Shown: one piece after another, positions 1 to 11,903 of the stretch
Layout: each line of letters starts with the position of its first letter
How positions within the stretch are numbered: the first letter of the stretch is position 1
NCBI GenBank assembly: GCA_002189035.1
Contig: NEEC01000008.1
Location: forward strand, 930,001-994,000
Direction: 5' to 3'
Origin: Utricularia gibba
Lineage: Eukaryota > Plantae > Magnoliophyta
Length of the DNA: 64,000 nucleotides
Notes under the pieces: model-generated
Seen by the model: only the letters and a program-made list of their open reading frames with translations
The model's database searches: none
Told to the model about the DNA's origin: nothing
Program-made: the position numbers and the translations under genes

Positions 1-573
1 GACGACGCCAAATCGGAAAGAGAGGGCTTTCAAGTAAAGTTCGAGGAGATGGAAACAGAGTTAAACGAGGCCAAAGATCGCGTCGCGGCTCTAGAGGCCG
101 AGTTATTAAATCACGAAGCATCTCGGTGGGAGCTTCTAGAGAACTTTGTCAGTTCAGCGTGCTTTTCGGAGCTATTCGATATTTATGCGGGAGATCTAAT
201 CGGCTTGCTTCTCTACCGGCAAAGGCACCAAATGAGCTGAGAGTTCGGGTTGGCTATCACGGATCCGCATTTCAAAAGGGTTGATCCCTTGAGGAAAGAC
301 GAGAGCATGTTGGATGTTATTGCGGATGTGTATCCGGCCCCTGAATTCGGATTCGAAGTAGATCAGGAGTGGATGATAGCACTCGTCCGAGCAAGGATCG
401 AGCGAGAGAACGAGGCCAAGCTGAGAGCGAGGTTAGAGGGGCATGTCGGCCCCTCTGTTGGTCCTCCTACTAATCCCTACCTCCCCCTTAACATTAGTTG
501 CCCTTTCTTTCCCTGTATCAATGTTCTTGTTCCCGATTTGGGGTTTTCATATATTTGGAGATCCCGGTTTTAG
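1..573 (+). pseudogene. Antisense additional ORF of the retroelement (coiled-coil-like), 5'-truncated by the window, one in-frame TGA at 238-240
   Basis: Frame 1 is open from base 1 (DDAKSEREGFQVKFEEMETELNEAKDRVAALEAELL...). ORFs 49-240 and 250-573 are the same frame separated by a single TGA. It lies between pol and the missing 3' LTR, opposite to pol. Confidence 0.6.
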
Positions 574-1237
574 GATTCTTCCCTCAAGTTGTCTTCAATG
601 ATTTTAGGATTCTATTGTTTTTGCCTTCAATGATTTTTCCGGTTTACGAGTTGTCTGATTTGCCAGTCGCCTGGTTGGGCTTTTTGTTCGAATATCTCCT
701 CTTACTTGTGCGGTTGTCACTTAGTGCTTAACCTTGTTATAGGGGCTTGGATTTTAGAGGTCATCTATTTCGGGGGAGCCCCGAGCCAACTTGTTGTGCC
801 CGTCGTAGGGCTTAGATCTAGGGGTTTGTGCGGACTCACAAGACTCAGATGTTGTGTGTCCCTTGCCAGCCATTTGGTTGGGATTTTCGGTCTTTATTTG
901 CCTTAGTCTTTTCTTATGCGAGTTGAACCGCTGCTAGGGAAGTAGATCAGAACTTCTCTTGGGTTGAACAACTTCCCCAATCCGTATGGGCCCTCTTCTG
1001 ACCGAGATCCCCTTGTTTTAAACATGGGCGGATTTGCTTTGAGTGCTCTTGCCATCTCGAGATTCGGCAATAAGGTTTGAACCTAAGGGCTTTTTCGGGG
1101 CTTACGCAGACGGTTGCAGGAATCGGCACCCCGAGTTGTACCAAGGCTTACCCTTACCACTAGGGCCTGGGTTTGACGGAAGGTATAATTTGGGGGGAGC
1201 CCCGAGTTGGTTTGCTATGTCCATCCGGGGGCGCAGA

Positions 1238-1335
1238 CTTAGAAGTTTTGTCTGGGCTTACATGACCTGGCCAGGGCTTACGAGTTAGGCTTAGAGGGTT
1301 TTGCCTGGGCTTATGTGACTTGGCCATGACTTATG
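1238..1335. repeat. Imperfect 52-bp tandem repeat (2 copies) in the retroelement 3' spacer
   Basis: cttagaagttttgtctgggcttacatgacctggcc at 1238 versus cttagagggttttgcctgggcttatgtgacttggcc at 1290. Confidence 0.7.
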
Positions 1336-1445
1336 ATTTCGTTGATTCTTCTCCACTTTGGTGGAATTTATAGCAACTTGCGTGTTTAGACAAGGGGAAT
1401 ACCGGAACCTGCAAAAACCTAGGATAGGGAATGATATTGAACCAA

Positions 1446-2618
1446 TCAGGCGTAGAATTTCCTCAAATGTAACGCATTCCACGATCTTGGGAATTCCACA
1501 CCATCTAGCTGCTCTAGCCGATACGCTCCCTTACCGATTACCCTTGAAATCTGATAAGGGCCTTCCCATTTGCGGTCTAATTTTCCCACGTGTCTCTGTG
1601 GTTGGATGCTTCGGAGTACCAAGTCTCCTTGCGAGAACTCCCTTGGGAAGACAGACTTATTATAATTCTTTTCAGTTCTTCTCTGGTAAGCCCCTAGTCG
1701 GCTATAAATACTTTGCCGTTTTTCTTCCAATAGCTTCAACTCCAGCTTTCGCAAATCAACATTGTCTTCTTCGTTGTAGTGTTCCAACTTTTAGCTCTTC
1801 AGCACCAATTCAATCGGGCATATCGCTTCTGATCCATAAACTAATAGAAAGGGGGATTCTTCTGTAGATGTTCGAGGGGTGGTACAATATGACCACAACA
1901 CCTCATCTAACCAATCTGCCCATGATCCTCCGAAATCCTCAAGTTTGGTTTTCATTCCTTGCTTGAGCGTTCAATTTGTTACCTCCGTGAGACTGTTGCT
2001 CTGAGGATGATAGACCGAAGTGAAGTTATTCTTGACTGAATATTTACCCAGGAATGCATCCATTCTTCCATCAGCGAACTGGGTCCTATTATCAGTCACT
2101 AGTTCTCGAGGTATCCTGAATCGGATGAAGATGCTTTTCCATAGAAATCGAATAACTGTCTCCTCTGATATTTTTGCCACGGCTTCGGCTTCTACCCATT
2201 TGGAGAAATACTCAACTCCCACAATGACAAATTTCCTTTGGTCTGAGGTTTGGGGGAATGGCCCCATAATATCCACCCCCGATCGATCAAAAGGGCACGA
2301 GAGTGGAAGAGTAGTCAGGTCGTTTACCTGTTTTCTTGGTATGCTTGCATGGTATTGGCATACTTTGCATCTCCTCACCATTTCAGTAATATCTTGCCTC
2401 ATAGTTGGCCAATAATATCCACTTCTCAAAGCTTTCCTGCATAAAGATCGTATCCTGACGTGGCTGCCACACTCTCCTCCACGCAAATCGGTTATGAGTT
2501 CTTGAGAGTGCTTGGTCCCGATACACCTCAAAAGGGGTCCATCTAAGGATCTCCGATAGAGAATTCCATTTACCAGTGTATATTTCTTTGCCATAATCTC
2601 CAACTGTCGGGCTTCCAA
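1446..2618 (-). pseudogene. Retroelement integrase remnant (Zn-binding, core, GPY/F C-terminus)
   Basis: SGYYWPTMRQDITEMVRRCKVCQYH, DIMGPF, VEYFSKWVEAEAV, YHPQSNSLTEVTN; C-terminal KWEGPYQISRVIGKGAYRLEQLDG...WNALHLRKFYA. Confidence 0.9.
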
Positions 2619-2690
2619 TTTCTCGGGTGGTATTTCTCCGTTTTATAGGTATCGGATGTAGGGTGACATCCAATCTTCAAAGAGACTCAA

Positions 2691-3175
2691 CTACGGGGAG
2701 ATGTCATCTCTCAATTGTTGGGTAATATGGTTCACTGCCCGCAAAGTTACTGAAGGTTGATCCTGCAATCGGATCATCACAATCCCTTCTTTCATTTTCG
2801 GAAAACCCGCGGCAAACTGGGCGAGGCTGTCCACGGATCCGTTTTCCTCACGGGCAACATACGATAAAGTGAACTCCTTGAAGGTCTTCGCCAACTCCTT
2901 CACCTTGGCACAGTATAGAGCCATTAGGGGGTCATGGGTTTCATACTCACCCGAAAACTGTCCTTGGACTAGCCGTGAGTCTGTATAAATGTCGAGCTCT
3001 GCAACTCCAAGTTCCTTAGCAACTTCATCGTGATGTAGATGTGTTCTTCGTCCCCGTTGTACGTAGAACCATCGACATACATGGCCCACCGGTTGTTGGT
3101 CTCTACAAATCGATCAGTTGGCCGAGTCATCTTGACCTGAACTCGATATTCATTATTCTTAACTCGACCGCCCAT
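2691..3175 (-). pseudogene. End of canonical RNase H plus Tat-type additional (archaeal) RNase H remnant
   Basis: SGRVAKWAVEL (end of RH), then WAMYVDGS and ELGVAELDIYTDSRLVQGQFSGEY...VAREENGSVDSLAQFA (aRH), in shifted frames. Confidence 0.85.
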
Positions 3176-3196
3176 TTGGCTACCCTTCCAGAAATT

Positions 3197-3900
3197 TCAG
3201 GTCGGGATAGGATATTCTTTATCAGCCGATTGAGATATGAAATGGCTGAGGGCAGTCAATTTACCCGTGAGGCTATAGTATTCCTTGATTGTACTTGGGG
3301 GTTGCATTTCGCATATTGCCTTAATCTTCTTGGGGTCAGCTTCGATTCCTCTCTCCGATACATAGTGCCTAAGGAATTTTCCGCTTTGCACCCTGAAGCA
3401 ACATTTCAGTGGGTTGAGCGTTAATCCGTACGACCGACATAAAGAGAACAAGAGTCCAAATACGCTAAATGGTCTTCTTCATTCATAGATTTCACGATCA
3501 TATCGTCCACATACACCTCCTTGGATCAGAAGAGAATATTTTGTTCACCAACCTCTGATAAGTCGGCCCAGCATTCTTCAAACTGAAGGGCATTGCCACG
3601 TAGTAGTAAACTCCATCCTTGGTGTAAAAGGTGGTTTTTGGTTGATCCTTCTCGGCAACGAAGATTTGATGATATCCCGAATAGGCATCCATGATATCCC
3701 GGCAATGGCATCCGCCAGTTTATCAATCTTTGGCAAGGGGTAGGGATCCCTTTCACAGTAGACATTGAGATCGGTGAAGTCGACACACATCCTCCATTTT
3801 CCCCCGGGTTTCGGGACGACGAATGGGTTGGCTACCCATTCGGAGTACTAGATCTCCTTCACGTAACCAGCTTTCAGGAGCTCCCTAGTTTCTCTTTGAT
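3197..3900 (-). pseudogene. Retroelement reverse transcriptase remnant
   Basis: KWRMCVDFTDLN, DPYPLPKIDKL, MDAYSGYHQI, MPFSLKNAGPTYQRLVNKIF, YVDD (3502-3513), LNPLKCCF...GKFL; several frameshifts and an in-frame stop. Confidence 0.92.
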
Positions 3901-3936
3901 AATTCGGCACTTTTCCTCGGAGAAGTGCCGTTGTTT

Positions 3937-4830
3937 CTACCGAATTGGCTTTGCCCCCGGGTAGGTATCAATGTGATGCTCAGCGACAGATCGATCAATA
4001 CCTACAAAGTCTGCATTCTTCATCAAAAGTTCGACTAACCTCTTCTCGAATCCGGTGTCTAAATTGGCACCAATGCGGGTCGCCTTCTGCGCATCTCCTG
4101 GTACAAGTTGCACCGACTTGTACTCCATCGGTTCCATTGCTTGTCTGGGAGGTTCCCGGGGTTCCTTTACCATCATCATTATTCTCGACTTCTTCGCACA
4201 GGGGTCCCAACAAGAAGATACATAACAAGATCGGGTGGCTGGTTGGTTGATATCCAGCGTGCAGATGCCCCTTGGTGTTGGAAATTTAACTTTCAAATGC
4301 ACAGTGGAGGGTAGCATACCGAATTGGTTGATGTCGGGTCGACCGAGGATGATGTTATATGAGACCTCCGAATCTAGAATCAAGAACTCCAATCTTTCGG
4401 TCCGATTTCGCCCTGCCGCGCCGAATATCACGGGCAAGGTTATCTTCTCGACTGTCTGTACGGCCCATTGATCGAATGCGTATAACTCCAAGCGGATGGG
4501 ACAGATATCTCCCTCTTTAGATGATGCTAGCAACTCGGTGACTTCCTTTTTCATAATGTTGCAGGAAGATCTCTGATCGATGAGAATCCTTCTTATCTTG
4601 GTGCTTCCGCATATCCCTATTACCACCAAAGGTTCATTTCGTGCGGCTGGGCCAGCCGGGATGTCTTTGTCAGAGAAATTGATTTCCTCCTTCTCCCAAA
4701 CGGCTTTCTCAATCTGACCTCCCGATTTCGAAGATTTCTCCTCTTCTAGCCTCCTCCAAATATCTATTCCGTACTTTTCCGGATACATCAATTTCGGTCC
4801 CCCCAGATACCATATGGATTTCCCGAACAT
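3937..4830 (-). pseudogene. Retroelement aspartic protease region
   Basis: RRILIDQRSSCNIM (degenerate DxGSS), YNIILGRPDI, STVHLKVKFPTPRG, KRLVELLMKNAD. Confidence 0.85.
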
Positions 4831-4985
4831 AGGGGGGACTACCTTGTGCCTGGTTAGCGTTTCTTGAACTTTCCTGTCTGTCTCGATCCCTTTCGTGATC
4901 CGGGACTTTGCCAGGTCGTGGGGCTCCCCCTGCTGGTTTTGAGGGAAATTTCGAGTATCGGCTGCCTTCGTTCCCCATTTGTTCG

Positions 4986-6320
4986 TTACGTCCCCTTTTT
5001 TCGTTCCGTTATTGGTGCGGGGTTCTGTATCATGTTGTTTATCCCATCACCAGCATGATACTGCTCGATCATCCTTTTCATTACTCGGCAGTCGATAGTG
5101 TCGTGCCCTTTAGTCCTGTGAATTTCATAGTAGGCATTAGTTCCGATTGGTTCCGCCTGATATACTTCACGGCGCTTATTTGGCCAAGGGGCCCGGATAG
5201 GTTGCATTTCTTGTTGTTGAGACCGGACGGATTTCTACACGGCTTTTCATTTCGGCCCTGAGGTCATCGTCAACTCGGATGTATTTCATGATTTTCCTTA
5301 ATAGTTCTCCGAGATCTTTCGATGGGGATTTAGATAGACTCTGCCTCAGCTTCGACGTTCCTAGGGCCCGCTTCATTATTTCTACTCTTTCCTTCAAGTC
5401 CATCTGAACATCCTGCGCTGAGCAGTTGAATCGGTCGATGAATCTTCTCAAGCTCTCTTTTCGGTGTTCATACCGAATAGAATATAGCGCTGCTTTGAAG
5501 GTGGGGCTTCAATGTTGACAGCGTATTAGGTAGTGGAGAGCAACGCCAACTCCCGATAAAATCCTACACTACATGGTTCTAACTGCTTGAACCAAATCTT
5601 TGCTCCCTTTTGGAGCGAGCAAGCAAACAGCTTACATTTCATGGCTTCCGAATGCCGGACCGTGGTCATCCTCATGTCAAAATCAGTTACATGAGATATG
5701 GGATCCCCTTTTCCATCATATGCAGGTAGTCCTTAGGGGACTCTGAACCCCTTCTCTGGCTCTTCACCGATTAATTCATCCGAGAAGGGGTCAAAACGCA
5801 GTGCTGGTGTTCCCGCTGCTCCTTCAAAACTTTTTCTCAGGGCTAGGTCAATATCGTCCAGAACATCCCCTCTCCCGATGCATACATTTTGATCGAAAGC
5901 ATCCTTGAAGCCCCTGCTCTCTCTTCCCCTTGGCAACGTCCGTCTGCCGATAAGCCTTCTTCTCTCACAAATCTGGTCTAGTTCTCTCTTCAGCTCTTCT
6001 TCCCTTTTTTCCAAGATTTCACTAGTCGTATTTTCTCTATCCGTTGCCGGTTCATAGATGACTTGGTTGCGCCTTTTTCTTCGTAACATTTCCTCCTTAG
6101 TTTCGGATTCGGTCTCCGTGTCCAAGGGGTATTCCGGAATCAAGGGTTGCTTTTCTGCTCGTGGTGCCGTATTCCGGAGAGGATTTCCGTTATAAGGGCC
6201 TTCAGTTGTTCCCTTCTGGTGAGCTGGCACTTCCTTCATGGACCGTGTTGGTGGTTGTGCTATTTGCCGCCATGATCGATGTTTAGTGAGCGGCTTATAT
6301 GGGTTTCTTGAGTGGGACAA
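4986..6320 (-). pseudogene. Retroelement gag remnant
   Basis: YDGKGDPISHV (about 5690-5725), RRFIDRFN, YYEIHRTKGHDTIDCRVMKRMIE; fragmented over several frames. Confidence 0.85.
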
Positions 6321-6327
6321 TAGATTT

Positions 6328-6345
6328 GCCCCACAGTGGGCACCA
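6328..6345 (-). other. Primer-binding site complementary to the tRNA-Lys 3' end
   Basis: Minus strand TGGTGCCCACTGTGGGGC versus the expected TGGCGCCCACCGTGGGGC (two CpG-type C>T changes), 3 nt inside the LTR end CA. Confidence 0.85.
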
Positions 6346-6348
6346 AAA

Positions 6349-6879
6349 TGTTAAGGATGAATATCGGAGTCTAAGGTGGAGCCGATTCTTGGGTTATAGG
6401 TGCAACCGGAAATATCGCACCTTGTTATGCTTTTTTGCGATGTGTTCGATTTGATCAACAGAAATAAGGGTAGGCGGAGATTTTTACGTGGAAACCGCCA
6501 TAGGACGGAAAAAACCATGGAGCTATCGGAGCTCGCCGGAGAAAGTCTTTATTAAACGGAGGTGGTGAAGAAAGATACAGGTTGGGAGGCTTAGGGTTGA
6601 ACCCTTTCTCCGTTATCATTTCTTCTATTTATAGAAGAGGCCGATTTGACCGAGAATCCTGTAGATATCGATTACTGTATGCACCTGCTATGTGATCTCA
6701 TTTTTTAGATATCGGCTGCTTGCTCTATTGTAATTCGGCTGCTTTTCAGATTGTGCCATACGGCCACCGTTGTCAGATTTCTGACACATATCGATCTATC
6801 GGTTGGCATTGTTCCATCAGGACTCCTTTTGGCAACCTTTCACAAACCAATTATCCTTATTTGAGTGATACCCCCATCA
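6349..6879 (-). repeat. 5' LTR of the retroelement (about 530 bp)
   Basis: The inner end ...CCTTAACA abuts the PBS. The outer end is inferred at TGATGGGG, where composition switches abruptly to AT-rich host DNA. The outer boundary is less certain. Confidence 0.65.
6625..6634 (-). promoter_or_regulatory. LTR TATA box (CTATAAATAG)
   Basis: Plus strand ctatttatag inside the LTR, oriented toward gag. Confidence 0.6.
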
Positions 6880-7330
6880 TTAATGATTTTATATAAATAC
6901 TTTCACATTATGTAAAATCAATGAAAATATATTTTAATTAATATTTACTCGTTATCAAACATAAATTTACTACCAAATCTACTTGAATCCATCCAAACCC
7001 GGGTATCAAACACAACCTAAGGGGCACTCACACCAAAGAGTTGATTCAAAAGGTTCTTCTAACATTGAAAAGGAGCATGTAAAATTGGATGGAACCGTTG
7101 CCACTTATACACAAGTAGGGTAAATATGATCTTCTTCCCTGTGCAACCCATTTTGGGTTATAAAATATAAATACTTGATTTAAATGTAAATCAGAAAAGA
7201 AAAAATAGGAGGTGCAACACAAAGTGACGTCGTTTTAGTGCTGGGGGCAAGGAGAATACCCCTTCCAATTCCATAAATAGTTTGTTGTGTAACGGATGTC
7301 AATACTGCATTTCCTCCGCCTTTTGCATTG

Positions 7331-10300
7331 ATGTGTAGGGAGAGTAATCGGAAACGGAAGCGCGGCCGGCGGCCAGAAAATCAGGCGGCAGAAACTGCCG
7401 TTGATGAACCCGCTGGAACCTCCCAGTCGAACAGTAATGTTGCGGAGAGGGAAGCTGCGCTTTCGGTTGCTAAAGTTGAGATTGTGAGCCCTAGTCCCAA
7501 GCCAGCTTCATCTGATCAACCTGAGCGCCGCCGTGGTCGGCCTTCAAAAAAAGTTAAGAATGAGCCACCGGTGAATAATAATTCCAAAACCCTAACTGTG
7601 TCTGTTCCGGCTGGAGTCAGTGGCGCGGTGACTACAGCACTGATGGATGTTACTAGAGAAGCTAGGGCTTTACCTGCCATGGATGCGGTGGTGAAGGTAT
7701 TTTGTGTTCACACAGACCCGAATTTTTCCTTGCCGTGGCAGAGGAAGAGGCAATATAGTTCTAGCAGCACTGGGTTTGTAATTAAGGGAAGAAGGGTTTT
7801 GACGAATGCGCATTCGGTCGAGCATTATACGCAGGTGAAGTTGAAGAAACGAGGTTCAGATACCAAATACGTGGCTACCGTGTTGGCGATTGGAACAGAA
7901 TGCGACATCGGTGATACTATATTTCCTTTCTCCTGTTATCGTTCTATAGATTTTTTTTCTGAAGAGCAACAAAAAAAAAGAAAGAAATATATATTTTTTA
8001 TTTTATTCTTGTGAAGTTTATCAGTGGGATACACTCCTCAATGTTATGATGTCGAACGCCCTTTTCAGCCATTGTTTCCATTAGATGAGCGACGAAAAAT
8101 TTATGAACACTGTTACTGGGAAGTAAACTTTTTTTTCCTTTTATGACGTTAGCTTTGCTAACGGTGGATGATGATGAATTCTGGGATAGCGTCCAACCTG
8201 TAGAATTTGGAGACCTGCCCGCTCTTCAGGATGCTGTGACTGTGGTTGGTTATCCAATTGGTGGTGACACAATTTCTGTGACAAGTGGAGTTGTGTCACG
8301 GATAGAAATTCTTTCATATGTTCACGGATCAACTGAACTTCTCGGGCTGCAGGTGGCTATTGTTCGCAACTTATACATTTTCTTTTGGTTAATGATAGTA
8401 TATTATTATTTGTATCTTGCCTTTTAGATTGATGCGGCTATCAACTCTGGAAACTCTGGTGGACCTGCTTTTAACGACAAGGGAAACTGTGTTGGCATTG
8501 CATTTCAATCTCTCAAGCATGAGGATGTGGAGAATATTGGTTATGTTATTCCAACTCCTGTCATAATGCATTTTATCCAGGATTATGAGAAAAATGGCGG
8601 ATATACTGGTACTTTTTATTTTTTGCTTAATTTTCTAGGTGGGGTTAACGTCATTATTTTTGTGTACAGAGGCACTGCACGCTGTAGTTTATTATCTGGT
8701 ATATGGGGAGCTTGCAGTGTGCCTAGTTTTATCTAAGAAATATTATAGTCAGTTGGTTCAGTTGTCTTCTTACCCTTTTGTTAGGATTTCCCATCCTTGG
8801 AGTTGAGTGGCAGAAGATGGAAAATCCAGACTTGCGGTTGTCGTCAGGAATGAAACCTGATCAGAAAGGTGTGCGAATAAGAAGGGTTGACCCCACTTCA
8901 CCGGAGTTTGAGGTTTTAAAGCCATCGGACATAATACTTAGCTTTGATGGTGTCGACATAGCTAATGATGGAACAGGTACTTTTTATTGGGAGGTCACCA
9001 TGCATGCGTATTTTGCTGTATATAAAATACACACGTCCATATGCTCCACGTATTTTATTAAAATTGAATGTGAAGTATTATGGTCATTCTTTTTGCGGTT
9101 AAGCACATCTGAGTTGTTTTTATCATAGAGTGCTGTAAATTACAAATGAGAAATCGCTATTTACATTCCCATTTCCAATATAAAGCTTGGCATGAAATTC
9201 TGCCCGGAAACTTTGCTGCCGCAGTAGTGTTTTTTTCCATCCCTCTCTCTCTCTCTTTCTCTCCATTTTTTTTTTCTTGAGGCCTTATTTTTAAGCATTG
9301 ACGAGCAGCTGTTGTTTTCGGGTGTGTATTCTTTTGTTTTCTCCTTAAGACATTCATATCTGCCTTACTGATACGTGTGCTTTTAATTCAGTCCCCTTCA
9401 GGCGTGGAGAGCGTATTGGTTTTAGCTACCTTGTATCTCAGAAGTACACTGGTGACAGTGCAGTAATTAAAGTTCTCCGTGATTCCCAACCTATAAAGTT
9501 TAATATCAAGCTTACTACGCATAGAAGGCTGATTCCGGCTCACAACAAAGGGAAACCTCCATCATACTACATAATTGCCGGATTTGTTTTCACCACAGTT
9601 TCTGTCCCGTATTTACGTTCTGAGGTTTGTGTTTGTTCACCATGCATACTAATTGCGGGCATCCTGTTGTCTTTTAGGGGATACATCCAACCTTAGTTAT
9701 GCTTGTCGCTATTCTCTTTGTGCAGTATGGGAAAGATTACGAGTATGAAGCCCCAGTCAAGTTGTTGGAAAAACTCCTGCACGAATTACCACAATCACCA
9801 GATGAACAGATTGTTGTCGTTTCCCAGGTAAAAATCGAGCATGACACATCGCAGATGCTTCTTTCTGCTACTAAGTTTTCATCCTTTTTCCTAACACTTG
9901 GCCTGCTTGTAAAACGTCCTGAAGGTGCTTGTGGCTGACATCAATATTGGTTATGAGGACATCGTAAACACTCAGGTTACATTGTGATCCCTCTCTGTGT
10001 GGTTTGAATCATCACCTTATTCTTCACCATTTTCCCTCCAAGATTTATACATCCATGTTTCCACACACCCTCATTTTCCCTCTGATCCCCGGCTCGTGTG
10101 TAGGTTCACGCCTTCAATGGCCAACCCGTGAAGAATCTGAAGAGCTTGGCTACCATGGTAGAGAGCTGCACGGACAAGTACTTGAAATTCGATCTTGAAT
10201 ACCATCAGGTAGCATTCGACACCATGATCATTTCCCCTTTCACCATCATTCCCTACATCTAGTTACATCGACTCGAAACAACCTACATAGTAAACTGTTG

Positions 10301-10465
10301 CTAGTTCAAAAGACCATGAATACTTCAACGTTTGCTGACCCCCTCCCTATTTCTTGGTTGTCACAGATTGTGGTTCTTCAAACAAAGAATGCAAAAGCAG
10401 CCACACTGGACATTCTGTCCACTCATTGCATCCCATCAGCCATGTCTGAAGATCTCAAGGCATGA
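7331..10465 (+). CDS. DEG9: DegP/HtrA serine protease 9-like (multi-exon)
   Basis: [52 protein letters not shown] catalytic motif, PDZ-like region, ends [17 protein letters not shown] introns keep frame; exon 1 is 7331-7910 and exon 2 is 8153-8352. Confidence 0.93.
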
Positions 10466-10985
10466 CCATAGAATACCAATAACAGCAACACAGGTATATC
10501 TCCCCACCGTCAGCAATGAATCAGCAGCAGCAGCAGCAGCAGCTAAAAGTTCTCCTCCCTCTTCTTGTTTCAGCTACAGCAATGAAGTCATTCAATCGTT
10601 GGCCACTTAGTCCTTCCTTTTTGCTTAAGCAGGGGTTCTTCTGCGGAATGTGTAGCTAACATTTTTCATCCATTTCAGCTGGGAAAAGGGAATAGCAAGC
10701 AGCCTAGGAGCGAGACTTTTGTCTGGATCTTTTTAAATTATGGAGGAATTAAAATACTGATATTTGCTTCTTTCCATACAACGGACCCAATATGTGTTAT
10801 TTAATTGAAATGTTGAAATTGGGCCGGATTGGGCTCTCGCTTATTAATTGGGCCGTGGTTTATTAATAGATCTTCTGGAGAGTCGTCTTGGGTTTCTCAT
10901 TCCACAATTGTGGTTCGTCTTGTCAGAGTTTGCTTCCTTCTGATTTAGGTATCCTTGCCTTGCGGAACGGGTTTTGGGTGCAAAA

Positions 10986-11903
10986 ATGGCGACAGAGCAA
11001 CCGAAGCCTGAGTCTGGGGAAGTGAAGAAGACAGATCTCTTTGAAGACGATGACGAATTTGAGGAGTTCGATATCGATCAGGGTAGGTTTCGTTTCTTCC
11101 ATCGCTGTGTGGTGGTGGATTTGATATGCTCATAATGATTTGCCCAACACTTCGCATCGTTAATCCTGGCAACTAGTCTGGTGTGTTACGTCAATATCGT
11201 TTTTTCCTGGTTTGTTGCTTCTTTCTTTGTTTTTTGAATACGTTGAGCCACATTCTGCAGCTATCTATGGTTGGTCTCCTGTGGGTGGGGGCTTTCTGTT
11301 TTTATAGATTAAGCTATGTAGTTCCCTTGGCATTGAGAAATTAACTGCACTGATGTGAAAATTCACTGAAGAAGAGAATGCGATTTATTGTTGCACTGAT
11401 GTCCGCGACATGTGATTCTGTTACCCATATTGATAGAAATCGTCGCCCCATATTCTGCTCTATTAAGGTTTGTAGTTCGCTTTGCTAAATAGTTGATCCC
11501 GAAATTGGGCGGCTGCAGAGTTAACCCAGTTGCTTGTACTTTTGAAGTGTTGTTTGTCCACACTGTGTGTTCTCGTTCCAAGCGCCGTTTTCCAATCCAA
11601 TTTAGCAGCCATTTTTATAGTAAACCTGTTAGAAACACACGAGTTTAGTGTCTGCTTTATACATTATCCACTCCCCAAAGAGTCATGGTTTTCCCATCGA
11701 ATATTTAGCGTGTCTGTACCTTTTGAAACATGGATTTCCTTTTGTTTCATGTACAAACCTGGCATTTTGTAGTTTGGGATGATAAGGAAGACGCCAAGGA
11801 GATAAATCAGCAGTGGGAGGACGATTGGGACGACGACGATGTCAACGATGATTTCTCCCTTCAGTTGAGGAGGGAACTGGAGAGCATCCCCGAGAAAAAA
11901 TGA
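10986..11903 (+). CDS. DSS1: DSS1/SEM1 26S proteasome subunit (2 exons: 10986-11082, 11773-11903)
   Basis: MATEQPKPESGEVKKTDLFEDDDEFEEFDIDQ/VWDDKED...QQWEDDWDDDDVNDDFSLQLRRELES. Confidence 0.93.

Larger units (their letters stand above)
1..6879 (-). mobile_element. Degenerate Ty3/gypsy LTR retrotransposon, Tat clade (Retand-like); 3' part extends beyond the left edge of the window
   Basis: Minus-strand order LTR-PBS-gag-protease-RT-RH-aRH-integrase, broken by stops, frameshifts and deletions. The extra archaeal-type RNase H before INT, the tRNA-Lys PBS, gag starting close to the PBS, and the long 3' spacer with repeats and an antisense ORF match Tat/Retand organisation. Confidence 0.93.

Noticed and set aside
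1358-2415. Plus-strand ORFs of 169 and 131 aa inside the retroelement
   Set aside because: Antisense shadows of the integrase region.
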